NCBI GenBank assembly: GCA_964432885.1
Contig: CAYSPG010000010.1
Span: 10,708-74,707 of the forward strand
Reading direction: 5' to 3'
Source of the DNA: an uncultured Flavobacteriaceae bacterium
Lineage (GTDB): Bacteria; Bacteroidota; Bacteroidia; AKYH767-A; OLB10
Length of the DNA stretch: 64,000 nt
Both the position numbers and the translations under genes were made by a program. The notes beneath the pieces are model-generated. The model did not search any database, was not told the DNA's origin, and saw only the letters and a program-made list of their open reading frames with translations. Position 1 is the first letter of the stretch, and each line of letters opens with the position of its first letter. Positions 10,163 to 19,034 of this stretch are shown piece by piece.

Positions 10163-11044
10163 TTAGGATAATACAAATTCGGTTAAATCTTTTCGAACCA
10201 TGGGACGAATACACAAAACAGGAATCTCAGAATTGTTTATCACCTCTTGTGCATCGGTTCCAATAAACAAGTCGGTAATGATGGTTTCACTTTGGGTCAT
10301 TATTATAATCAGGTCGGCATCTTTTGATTGAGCGTATTGTATAATTCCTTCCGGAATGTCATCACCTTCGGTTATTTCACCTGTGCATTGCACATCATAA
10401 CTTTCAATAAATAGCTGCACTTGGGATAATTGCCTTTTTAATTTATTTACCAAATATTCGTCATCGGTATTTACCACCGAAAATACATGAATTACCGAAT
10501 TAAAAAGTTTAGCCATTTCTATGGCCTTGTTTACTTTTTCTTTGGTTTCTTTGGTAAGGTCGAGAGGCAGAGCAATGTGCTTGCACCCCTTACGGTGCTG
10601 GCTTCCTTTAATGGTTATAACAGGGCAATGCGCTTCGCGAATTACCCGTGATGTGTTTGAGCCTAAAAATTTTTTCTTAACAGTACTTGCACCCATCGTG
10701 CCCATTATAATTAGCGATGCTTCTATATCATTGGCCTCGGCAATAATTTCTTCATAAATTTTGCCTGTTCGGATATTTACTGTTGTGGTTATTTTTTCTT
10801 CGTTAAATATTTTAACAGCCAGTTCATCTAGCCTGCGTTGTATGTCCGATTGAATTTGGTCGGCATAGTTTTCATCTTTAAATATAACGTGCTTTAAATG
10901 CGAAATAAAGTCTTCGTCAATAACATGCAGTATCCTTATATCTGCTTTTGTTAGTCTTGCTAAATTGTATGTTTGTGCTAGTGCGGTAAACGATTGCTCC
11001 GAAAAATCTACTGGTACTACTATTACATTTCTGTCCGAACCCAT
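10163..11044 (-). CDS. universal stress protein family protein (tandem USP domains), paralog of the adjacent gene
   Basis: 293 aa with the same architecture (LIIMGTMG...). Only 12 bp separate it from the downstream USP gene, so they are likely co-transcribed. Confidence 0.75.
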   Translation of the reverse strand: MGSDRNVIVVPVDFSEQSFTALAQTYNLARLTKADIRILHVIDEDFISHLKHVIFKDENYADQIQSDIQRRLDELAVKIFNEEKITTTVNIRTGKIYEEIIAEANDIEASLIIMGTMGASTVKKKFLGSNTSRVIREAHCPVITIKGSQHRKGCKHIALPLDLTKETKEKVNKAIEMAKLFNSVIHVFSVVNTDDEYLVNKLKRQLSQVQLFIESYDVQCTGEITEGDDIPEGIIQYAQSKDADLIIIMTQSETIITDLFIGTDAQEVINNSEIPVLCIRPMVRKDLTEFVLS

Positions 11045-11232
11045 AAAAAATTACCTTTGTTTAATGCAAATATAACAACTTACATTTTAACGATTGTGAT
11101 TTGTGAGTAAAAAATAAAAGTAAGAGTTTTGTTTGATTGGTAATTAACTGTTTGGTTGTGTAGATAGATTAAAAAAGCTGTAAATTTTTCAATCAAATAA
11201 TCATTTTATTGAAATAAAAAATTAGAAAACCT

Positions 11233-12105
11233 ATGATACCCGAGTCTGAACTGATATTAAATGCTGATGGAAGCGTTTATCACCTTAATTTATTGCCTGA
11301 AGATATTTCGGACATTGTTATAAATGTTGGTGATCCTGACAGGGTTAGTAAGGTGAGTTCTTTTTTTGATAAAATTGAAATTAAAAAGCAAAAACGTGAG
11401 TTTGTAACCCACACAGGGTATTATAAAGGTCGCAGAATTACGGTATTAAGCACAGGCATTGGTACCGATAATATTGATATTGTTTATAACGAACTTGATG
11501 CCCTGGTAAATATTGATTTGCAAAAAAGAACGATTAAAGAAAAGTTGTCGTCACTGCATTTAATCCGCATTGGTACATCAGGAGCTTTGCAACCCGATAT
11601 ACCGGTTGACTCATTTGTTTTTTCAACCTTTGGATTGGGTTTAGACGGGCTATTGAATTTTTATAAAATGCAAAATACGGATGAGGAAAAAGCAATAGTT
11701 GAAAGTTTCAGAATGCATTACCCTAACAACTGTACCTTGCCGCAGTCATACATAAGCCGATGTTCACCTAAAATGGAAAGCATACTTTCAGACGGTATGC
11801 ATAAAGGTATTACTGCCTCCTGTTCGGGTTTTTATGCTCCGCAAGGGCGCGTTTTAAGGTATGAACTTGCCCGAACCGATATGATAGAAAAGCTTAACTC
11901 GTTTAAATACGCCACTCACCGTGTTACCAATTTTGAAATGGAAACAGGCGCTATGTATGGATTGGCCAAAGTGCTAGGGCATCATTGCTGCGCTGTAAAT
12001 GTGATAGTGGCAAACCGGATTGCAGGTAAATTCTCAAAAAAATACGAAGAGAGCATGCATAATCTTATCGAAACGGTGCTAAACAGGCTGGCAAAGAACC
12101 TATAG
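11233..12105 (+). CDS. nucleoside phosphorylase (PNP/UDP phosphorylase family 1)
   Basis: 290 aa. Contains TGIGTDNIDIVYNEL and the NFEMETGAMYGLAKVLG motif typical of PNP_UDP_1. Confidence 0.65.
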   Translation: MIPESELILNADGSVYHLNLLPEDISDIVINVGDPDRVSKVSSFFDKIEIKKQKREFVTHTGYYKGRRITVLSTGIGTDNIDIVYNELDALVNIDLQKRTIKEKLSSLHLIRIGTSGALQPDIPVDSFVFSTFGLGLDGLLNFYKMQNTDEEKAIVESFRMHYPNNCTLPQSYISRCSPKMESILSDGMHKGITASCSGFYAPQGRVLRYELARTDMIEKLNSFKYATHRVTNFEMETGAMYGLAKVLGHHCCAVNVIVANRIAGKFSKKYEESMHNLIETVLNRLAKNL

Positions 12106-12180
12106 AATTGTATAAGTCACAGGTTTTATATGCCTTTAATTTAAGAGTAAAATTTGTTTTGCATTTTTAAATAATAAATT

Positions 12181-12188
12181 TACTTTTG
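12181..12188 (+). promoter_or_regulatory. Bacteroidota -7 promoter element (TAnnTTTG) for rplU-rpmA
   Basis: TACTTTTG lies 27 bp upstream of the rplU ATG. Confidence 0.35.
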
Positions 12189-12214
12189 CCGTCCGTTTTA
12201 AAAAACACATAAAA

Positions 12215-12526
12215 ATGTACGCAATAGTAAATATAGCCGGCCAGCAGTTTAGGGTTGAGGAAAAGCAACAACTTTTTGTTCACCGATTGCCTAATGCCGA
12301 AGGTTCTGAGGTAAAATTTAACGAAGTTTTGCTGGTAGATAACAATGGTAATGTAAAAGTGGGCAAACCTGTATTAAGCAATGCCAACGTATCGGCCAAA
12401 GTAATTGAGCACATGAAAGGCGATAAGGTGCTGGTATTTAAAAAGAAAAGACGCAAAGGCTACCGTAAAATGAATGGACATCGTCAGTTTATGAGTAAAA
12501 TAGAAATTAACTCGATAAACGCGTAA
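12215..12526 (+). CDS. rplU: 50S ribosomal protein L21
   Basis: MYAIVNIAGQQFRVEEKQQLFVHRL... is the canonical bL21. Confidence 0.9.
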   Translation: MYAIVNIAGQQFRVEEKQQLFVHRLPNAEGSEVKFNEVLLVDNNGNVKVGKPVLSNANVSAKVIEHMKGDKVLVFKKKRRKGYRKMNGHRQFMSKIEINSINA

Positions 12527-12562
12527 TTAAAATAAGTTTAACTATTAAATTTTTTAAACAAA

Positions 12563-12826
12563 ATGGCACATAAAAAAGGTGAAGGTAAGGTAAAGAATAA
12601 CCGCGAAAGTCATAGCAAACGGTTGGGAGTAAAAATGTTTGGCGGCCAGCATGTAGTTGCCGGAAACATTATCGTGCGTCAAAGAGGAACCCGGCATTTT
12701 CCGGCCGATGGTGTTGGTATGGGTAAAGACCACACCTTGTTTGCATTAATTGATGGCACCGTGGCTTTTAAAAAGAAATCTGATAACAAATCATACGTTT
12801 ATGTTAACCCTATAGCACAGGCATAA
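12563..12826 (+). CDS. rpmA: 50S ribosomal protein L27
   Basis: [31 protein letters not shown]...RQRGT is the canonical bL27. Confidence 0.9.
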   Translation: MAHKKGEGKVKNNRESHSKRLGVKMFGGQHVVAGNIIVRQRGTRHFPADGVGMGKDHTLFALIDGTVAFKKKSDNKSYVYVNPIAQA

Positions 12827-12850
12827 CAAAAAAACTGTAAACAAAATAAA

Positions 12851-12880
12851 AAGCCTTCCCGTTTAGGAGAAGGCTTTTTG
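12851..12880 (+). terminator. rho-independent terminator after rpmA
   Basis: AAGCCTTC(CC)...(GG)AGAAGGCTT followed by TTTTT. Confidence 0.6.
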
Positions 12881-12909
12881 ATTTTTAATGCGATGCGTTT
12901 ATTTCTGCA

Positions 12910-13578
12910 TTAGTCTTTTTTACCGCCAAATGTTTTTGAAACACCTGCGTTAAGTTGTGGATTAAATCCGAAATTAAAATGTGAGTCGGTATAAGTTGCA
13001 TCTGAATCGCTGTCATCGGGCTGTGAAACCATTGAATCAAAGCCCAAGCCTCCAAAGCTAAAGTTTAATGCCCATCCGCTTCCGCAATTAACACCTATAG
13101 CAGGGAACAGGTTAAATACAAATCCTCCTGAAGTTGTCTTTTCCTCATCACCACCACCACCATCATCAAAAGTAGAATGACCAAATCGAAATCCGATATT
13201 TGCCTGACCATAGAGTGAAAATATATCACCCATATTTTTAGTAAACCTAACAAAAGGCCCTATCCCAACACCCATTGATTTTGATTCTGCATCCGGGTCA
13301 CCGGTTTCTTCGTAGGTGGTTTTGCCAGACACTATGTCAAACCATAAACCGGCCATAAACTTATCGCTTATGTTATAGCCAATGGCAGGCGAAAAATTTA
13401 CGGACATGGTTCTTGTTGCTTCTTCATACGTATCACCATATTCATCTTCATACTCATCAGTAGAATTACTGCTGTTTACTCCAATGCTTCCACCAAGCAA
13501 AATTCCACCTTTTTGAGCATTCACTGTTGTCGCAATCGCTATAGCGCCTGCAAGCATAAATAGTTTTGTTTTTTTCAT
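12910..13578 (-). CDS. outer-membrane beta-barrel protein (porin/OmpA-like barrel, type uncertain)
   Basis: A signal peptide MKKTKLFMLAGAIAIATTVNAQ is followed by alternating-hydrophobic beta-strand patterning and a C-terminal aromatic residue. The ORF-track start at 13665 is a TTG; the ATG at 13578 precedes the signal peptide. Confidence 0.55.
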   Translation of the reverse strand: MKKTKLFMLAGAIAIATTVNAQKGGILLGGSIGVNSSNSTDEYEDEYGDTYEEATRTMSVNFSPAIGYNISDKFMAGLWFDIVSGKTTYEETGDPDAESKSMGVGIGPFVRFTKNMGDIFSLYGQANIGFRFGHSTFDDGGGGDEEKTTSGGFVFNLFPAIGVNCGSGWALNFSFGGLGFDSMVSQPDDSDSDATYTDSHFNFGFNPQLNAGVSKTFGGKKD

Positions 13579-13717
13579 TTTGTTTTGTTTTAATGTTTGT
13601 GCCCTAAAAGTAAGCCATGTTGTAAATGGCAATGTGCTGTAAAAAACAGAGTTTTTACCAACCAAATGTTAATACTAAACTGGTTAAAAAAGGTAAAAGC
13701 AGAGTAGAAATAAGAAC

Positions 13718-14377
13718 TTAATTCAAAACAATTTTTTGTTTGTAAACCTCATTATTTAAACTCATAACTGCCACATACATACCATGTTTGAATGGCAAAT
13801 AAATTCCCCGCACCAGTTGACTGGCCGGCACTTGCAACAAAAGTTTTCCTTCAATAGAGTAAAAATTAACTTTCATTTTATCACTGATGTTTTTGTTGTG
13901 GTTACCAAGCAGTTTTACAAAACCGTTGGCTGGATTGGGCGTGATAAAAAAGTTATTTGAAATTTCGGGGTTAATAACCCCTGATGATGTTGTTACAGTA
14001 AAATTAGCTGTACCCGATGGGCCTGCCACAATGCCGGGTGTACATGGCGATGGGCCAAACCCCTGGTCAACCTGAACTGTAAAAGTATAATTGCCAGCGG
14101 CAAGCTTACCAAGTTCAAAGGTGTCTTCATCGGTACATATAACAGTTAACATGCCGGTGCAATGAAGCGTAAAGGCATTAAAGGTAAATCCGTTTTGAAA
14201 AAAACCACTTGTTGCATCATTACAAGGGCCTGATGAAAAATCGGCATTCAAAATTATTGATACAGAATCATTGGTTGTGGGATTGGCAGGAACAACCGTT
14301 AAGCTATTAATCCATTGAGCATGCAATTGCATTAAAAACAAGCAAAGGCATAATGTGAGTGTGAGTTTGGTTTTCAT
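13718..14377 (-). CDS. small secreted protein with C-terminal T9SS sorting domain
   Basis: Signal peptide plus a C-terminus ...NFYSIEGKLLLQVPASQLVRGIYLPFKHGMYVAVMSLNNEVYKQKIVLN. Confidence 0.55.
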   Translation of the reverse strand: MKTKLTLTLCLCLFLMQLHAQWINSLTVVPANPTTNDSVSIILNADFSSGPCNDATSGFFQNGFTFNAFTLHCTGMLTVICTDEDTFELGKLAAGNYTFTVQVDQGFGPSPCTPGIVAGPSGTANFTVTTSSGVINPEISNNFFITPNPANGFVKLLGNHNKNISDKMKVNFYSIEGKLLLQVPASQLVRGIYLPFKHGMYVAVMSLNNEVYKQKIVLN

Positions 14378-14496
14378 TCTAAAATTGTTTTACACAAATG
14401 TATATGCAAAATCAATAACCTTAACAAACAAATGAGATAAATTTTTTAAACTAAATTTGCGACAACCGTTTGCTGTTTACCATTAAAAAATATTCT

Positions 14497-14541
14497 GAAC
14501 TGTAAACTGCAAACAGTAAACTGCAAATCATAAACTTCAAA
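14497..14541 (+). repeat. tandem heptanucleotide array (AAACNNN)x6-7 abutting the hmgA start codon
   Basis: gAAC tgt AAAC tgc AAAC agt AAAC tgc AAAT cat AAAC ttc AAAA-TG. A -7-like TAAATTTG lies at 14452-14459, so the array is probably in the 5' UTR. Confidence 0.55.
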
Positions 14542-15705
14542 ATGCCCCAATACCACACTTTAGGCCAAATTCCTCATAAGCGGCACACGCAGTTTCGCAA
14601 ACCCAATGGTGGTCTTTATGCCGAAGAATTATTTTCTACACACGGGTTTAGCAATGTTTATTCTCTCATTTATCATTGCCACCCACCCACCATGATAAAA
14701 AGCGCTGGCGAACCATTTTCGCGCGAACCTAAAATTGCCATGCAGCGTTCGTTATGTCATCAAAGTTTCCAGGGGTTTAGTATAACACCCGAAGATGATT
14801 ATATAAAAAGCAAAAAGCCTGTTTTGGTAAATAACGATTTACATATATCACTTGCTGCACCGCGAAAATCAATTACAAATTATTTTTTAAAAAATGCTGA
14901 TGCTGATGAGCTGATATTTGTACACGAAGGAAGCGGAACATTTCACAGCATATATGGTAGCATGGATTTTAAATATGGCGATTACATTGTAATTCCACGC
15001 GGCACTATTTTTCAATTACACTTTAATGATGAAAATAACCGGTTGTTTGTGGTTGACTCATTTAGCGCAATTGAAACACCCAAACGATACCGCAATGAGC
15101 ATGGACAATTTGAGGAGCACTCGCCATACTGCGAGCGCGATTTTCGCAAGCCACAAAATTTAGTAACGCATGATGAGGCCGGAGAATTTTTAGTGATGAT
15201 AAAAAAAGAAAGCATTGTGTATCCGTTTGTGTATGCCACCCATCCGTTTGATGCCATTGGCTGGGATGGCAATTGCTACCCGTACATTTTTTCTATTAAC
15301 GATTTTGAACCAATAACCGGACGCATTCACATGCCGCCACCCATACATCAAACATTTGAAGCGCATAATTTTGTTGTATGTTCATTTGTTCCGCGTTTGT
15401 TCGATTACCATCCGTTAAGTATTCCGGTGCCGTATAACCACAGCAACATTGATAGTGATGAAGTGCTGTATTATGTTGACGGTGATTTTATGAGCCGTAA
15501 AAATGTTTCGAAAGGCCAAATTACTTTGCACCCAGGCGGTATTCCACATGGCCCGCATCCGGGCACGGTAGAAAAATCGCTTGGCGCAAAAGAAACAAAA
15601 GAACTTGCAGTGATGGTAGATACCTTTAAGCCATTATGGTTAACCGAAGATGCAATGAAAATTATTATTCCTGACTATTACAAGTCGTGGGTTGAACACG
15701 GATAA
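14542..15705 (+). CDS. hmgA: homogentisate 1,2-dioxygenase
   Basis: 387 aa with the cupin-fold HGD family. The MPQYHTLGQIPHKRHTQF N-terminus and the conserved His/Glu iron ligand region are present. Confidence 0.85.
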   Translation: MPQYHTLGQIPHKRHTQFRKPNGGLYAEELFSTHGFSNVYSLIYHCHPPTMIKSAGEPFSREPKIAMQRSLCHQSFQGFSITPEDDYIKSKKPVLVNNDLHISLAAPRKSITNYFLKNADADELIFVHEGSGTFHSIYGSMDFKYGDYIVIPRGTIFQLHFNDENNRLFVVDSFSAIETPKRYRNEHGQFEEHSPYCERDFRKPQNLVTHDEAGEFLVMIKKESIVYPFVYATHPFDAIGWDGNCYPYIFSINDFEPITGRIHMPPPIHQTFEAHNFVVCSFVPRLFDYHPLSIPVPYNHSNIDSDEVLYYVDGDFMSRKNVSKGQITLHPGGIPHGPHPGTVEKSLGAKETKELAVMVDTFKPLWLTEDAMKIIIPDYYKSWVEHG

Positions 15706-15748
15706 CAAATTACGATTTTATATTTTCTAATTACTATTTTATAAATAA

Positions 15749-16849
15749 ATGAAAAAAATATCCACTTTAATTTTCTTTGCTCTGTTTGCAAAAATTACCA
15801 ATGCTCAGATAACAATAACAACCTCTGACTTTGCATCAGCAAATGACAATGTTCTTGTAAGCAACGGAATAATAACAACTGCCGTAGATGTGGTTCCAAC
15901 AGGCGCTAACACTACTTGGGATTTTAGTTTTCTAACACCATTCAACCAGGATACTCTGGAGTTTTTGGATGTGAGCACCACTGCGGCTACGTATGCCTTG
16001 TATTATGTAAACGTGGGTTTTAATCCAAACCGTTCAAACATTGCTGTTGCCGGTGCAGCTATTCCAACCATACCGGGTATTCCAATTACAATTACCAATC
16101 CATTCGATTTTTTTTACAACTCATCTAATGATTACCGTCAGCAGGGCATAGGTGCCGAAATAAACGGCATCGAAGTTCCAATCCCTTACGGAAATAAAGA
16201 TATTGTTTACGATTTTCCGGTAAACTTTGGCAACTCCGATTCTTCAAATTCTGACTGGGCAATTGGTTTGCCGGGCATAGGCTATTATGGATACACCCAA
16301 AAGCGAGTAAATAATGTGGATGGATGGGGAACCCTCATTACCCCCTTTGGCTCGTTTAATACATTACGTGTTGTTTCAACCGTAGCCGGTACCGATACCG
16401 TGCATATTGATACACTTGGTTTTGGTTTTGGAGTTGACCGCCCTTTGTTAAGAGAATATAAATGGATTGCCAACAACGAAAAAATTCCTGTGTTGCAAAT
16501 TAACACGCAAGAATTTTTTGGAACCGAAACCGTAGTAAGCATTGTTTATCCTGACAGCGCACGGGTGCTTGGTGTAGAAAATGTAATTTCAGTTGCAGGT
16601 AGTTTACAGGTTTTCCCTAATCCGGCTATTGATTATGTAACTATTAATTTTTCTTTATCTCAAAGCCAACCGGTTTCGTTTTCAATAGCCGACATATCAG
16701 GAAAAATTATTTATTCTAAAACAAGCCGATATTATTCTTCGGGTAGTCATCAAAAAAACATCAGCACAAAACTTTTAGAAAAAGGCATTTACTTTTTAAC
16801 TATCCGCGCAGGTGATGCCTTGGTAACAAGAAAAATAGCAGTAAATTAA
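15749..16849 (+). CDS. secreted protein with C-terminal T9SS sorting domain
   Basis: Signal peptide MKKISTLIFFALFAKITNAQ. C-terminus ...VFPNPAIDYVTINFSLSQSQPVSFSIADISGKIIYSK...KGIYFLTIRAGDALVTRKIAVN. Confidence 0.6.
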   Translation: MKKISTLIFFALFAKITNAQITITTSDFASANDNVLVSNGIITTAVDVVPTGANTTWDFSFLTPFNQDTLEFLDVSTTAATYALYYVNVGFNPNRSNIAVAGAAIPTIPGIPITITNPFDFFYNSSNDYRQQGIGAEINGIEVPIPYGNKDIVYDFPVNFGNSDSSNSDWAIGLPGIGYYGYTQKRVNNVDGWGTLITPFGSFNTLRVVSTVAGTDTVHIDTLGFGFGVDRPLLREYKWIANNEKIPVLQINTQEFFGTETVVSIVYPDSARVLGVENVISVAGSLQVFPNPAIDYVTINFSLSQSQPVSFSIADISGKIIYSKTSRYYSSGSHQKNISTKLLEKGIYFLTIRAGDALVTRKIAVN

Positions 16850-16856
16850 AATTACA

Positions 16857-17243
16857 CTACCCTTTTTTTGTAAGTCTTTCTTTAGGCACGTCAATTTCTT
16901 TTTTCAACCGTTCAACTTCTTCTTTTAGCAACAGATTGTTTTCTTCCTGCAATGCAAACTCTTTGGTAGTGGGGTGGTAATTTACAACCCCATTATGGTT
17001 GTGATGTACATCGTAATAATTTGTTGCGTCAAAATCTAAAATGTTGTGTACATCCGTATTAAAAACGCGGGCAATTTTTTCTAACTCAAGCAGTGTAATA
17101 CCCCGCTTGCCATTTTCAATATCGTTATAAGTGGTTTTACCAACTGCCAGTTGTCCTGCAACAAATTCCTGTTTTAAATCTTTTAATTCGCGTATCTTTT
17201 TAATGTTATGCGCTACTTTTTGATTCAGTGTTTTTGTTGTCAT
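16857..17243 (-). CDS. XRE-family helix-turn-helix transcriptional regulator with C-terminal coiled-coil
   Basis: A Cro/C1-type HTH is present (IKKIRELKDLKQEFVAGQLAVGKTTYNDIENGKRGITLLELEKIARVF). The C-terminus is coiled-coil-like (LQEENNLLLKEEVERLKKEI). Confidence 0.7.
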   Translation of the reverse strand: MTTKTLNQKVAHNIKKIRELKDLKQEFVAGQLAVGKTTYNDIENGKRGITLLELEKIARVFNTDVHNILDFDATNYYDVHHNHNGVVNYHPTTKEFALQEENNLLLKEEVERLKKEIDVPKERLTKKG

Positions 17244-17271
17244 AGATTTTTGTTTGCTGCTAAAATAAATA

Positions 17272-17339
17272 AATATCGGATAAACCGATTTTATTACTGA
17301 TAAACCGAATCATTATCGGATTAGCCGACTTATTATCGG
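17272..17339. promoter_or_regulatory. operator-like palindromes: two 15-bp CCGAnnnATTATCGG sites 20 bp apart plus an ATCGG-ATAAA-CCGAT palindrome, in the divergent spacer next to the XRE regulator
   Basis: CCGAATCATTATCGG at 17305-17319. CCGACTTATTATCGG at 17325-17339. ATCGGATAAACCGAT at 17274-17288. GATAAACCGA appears twice, 22 bp apart. Confidence 0.35.
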
Positions 17340-17429
17340 TTTTAAAATTTGGTGATAACAAATATGGCTGACAATTTTACTCCGCAAAAAAATGAATTAA
17401 ATTTTTTCTTTACTTTTAAAGAAAAATAA

Positions 17430-18356
17430 ATGAAAAAAGTAATTACAATTTTATCTTTAGTAATTTTATCTTTTACTACCAAGCAATATGCGCAAGGCTC
17501 GCTTACGCCAAGTGATTGGCTCCAAATTGCATTTGAAGATGCCACCGGTGCAAAAGACACCGTTGTAATTGGCCATTATTACGATACCTGTTATTACAGC
17601 ACCTGCCAGGCTTATGTGTCTGCCGGTATAGATACCGCCTTTGGCGAAGTAAACATTGGCCCACCAACCACACCTGGTTTTGCCGCGCGTATTGAAAACC
17701 TTGTGCAGGATGGTGCGCCATATAATATGTGGACTAAAAGGGATATTAGAATGTGTGATACAACAGCGGAGTATGCTCTTTGGTATAATTTTTTTAATGA
17801 CCCGTTATTTTATTACATAAGGTTTTACAACTATACTACCCCAATTATTGCCACCATTAACATTCATAGAACCGATGCATTTTTACCTGACAGTGCTGAT
17901 TTGGGATGTTTTTGTGTATACAATAGTTTATTGGGTAATCCTAAAGAAAGATTTGGTAATGGATGGTCAAGATGGTACTCAGATACAGTGAATAATATTA
18001 GTGCACAATGGGATTATGATGCAATAATCTCACCAAATCTTATTGATACATTGAACGCCCCATTAGTTCAAAGTTATGTATTTGCTCCATATTATCTTAT
18101 TACAGATATCATTTATTATAATGCGAAAAACGAAGGTTTTGAAATATTCCCAATACCAACATCAGATTATCTCAACGTCAAAACATCCAATGCCGAAGAT
18201 TGGGTAGTAGAAATTTTTAATACAAAAGGAGAGATGATTTATAAAGATAAAACCGAAGATAAAAAAATTAACGTGGCAATATTATCAAGAGGAATTTACT
18301 TACTTAAATTGAATACAGGTAAAAAAGAACTAACATTTAAATTTATTAAAACATGA
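17430..18356 (+). CDS. secreted protein with C-terminal T9SS sorting domain
   Basis: Signal peptide MKKVITILSLVILSFTTKQYAQ. C-terminus ...NTKGEMIYKDKTEDKKINVAILSRGIYLLKLNTGKKELTFKFIKT. Confidence 0.55.
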   Translation: MKKVITILSLVILSFTTKQYAQGSLTPSDWLQIAFEDATGAKDTVVIGHYYDTCYYSTCQAYVSAGIDTAFGEVNIGPPTTPGFAARIENLVQDGAPYNMWTKRDIRMCDTTAEYALWYNFFNDPLFYYIRFYNYTTPIIATINIHRTDAFLPDSADLGCFCVYNSLLGNPKERFGNGWSRWYSDTVNNISAQWDYDAIISPNLIDTLNAPLVQSYVFAPYYLITDIIYYNAKNEGFEIFPIPTSDYLNVKTSNAEDWVVEIFNTKGEMIYKDKTEDKKINVAILSRGIYLLKLNTGKKELTFKFIKT

Positions 18357-19022
18357 AAAAATCAATCTTTACCCTAAGCTTATTAGTGATTGTTATATGT
18401 AATAACTATGCACAAGAATGCGAATATATTGATGATGCTACGGGTAGAGTTTTAGGTTCGACTTCAGCACCTCTATGCACAGGAACTTTTACTTATTGCA
18501 GCAAAAACGGGTACTCTCATTTTCCGAATACTACTTACAGAACCCTAAACCTGTATATTAACATCATATACGACATTGTGCCTTCCTATGACCCCTACTA
18601 CAATAATAACAACGGAGCATGTGCATCTTGAGCATGATTTAATAAATGGAATTATTACTATTGATGATTTTGTTGCATCATTTGATTACTGCGGAACAAG
18701 CAACTTAAGAACAACACAAAATAATAGCAGCAGTCAAAATTTGTTGCCAAGCGAAAATAAATTAAGTACACAGTCTTTGTTTTTGGAAGCAAGCATAAGT
18801 ATTAAACCCAATCCTGCAACCAATAAAATTTTTATTTACAACTCAACCGAAAAAAACGTAGCCTACCAGCTAAAAGATGTTTATGGAAAAATTATTTCGG
18901 GTGGTATTATTTCAACAGGTGGAATTATTGATTGTGCGAAATACCCAAGAGGAATATATACTATTCAATTTTCAACATTAGATGGAGCAAAAACGGTTAA
19001 TGAAAGAATTGTGTTGAATTAA
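18353..19022 (+). pseudogene. frameshifted T9SS-CTD protein gene: an N-terminal ORF with a signal peptide and a C-terminal ORF with the sorting domain sit in different frames
   Basis: ORF 18353-18631 (frame 2) opens with MKKSIFTLSLLVIVICNNYAQE. ORF 18576-19022 (frame 0) ends with KPNPATNKIFIYNS...PRGIYTIQFSTLDGAKTVNERIVLN. The two overlap across 18576-18631. Confidence 0.4.
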
Positions 19023-19034
19023 GAATTGTGTAAA

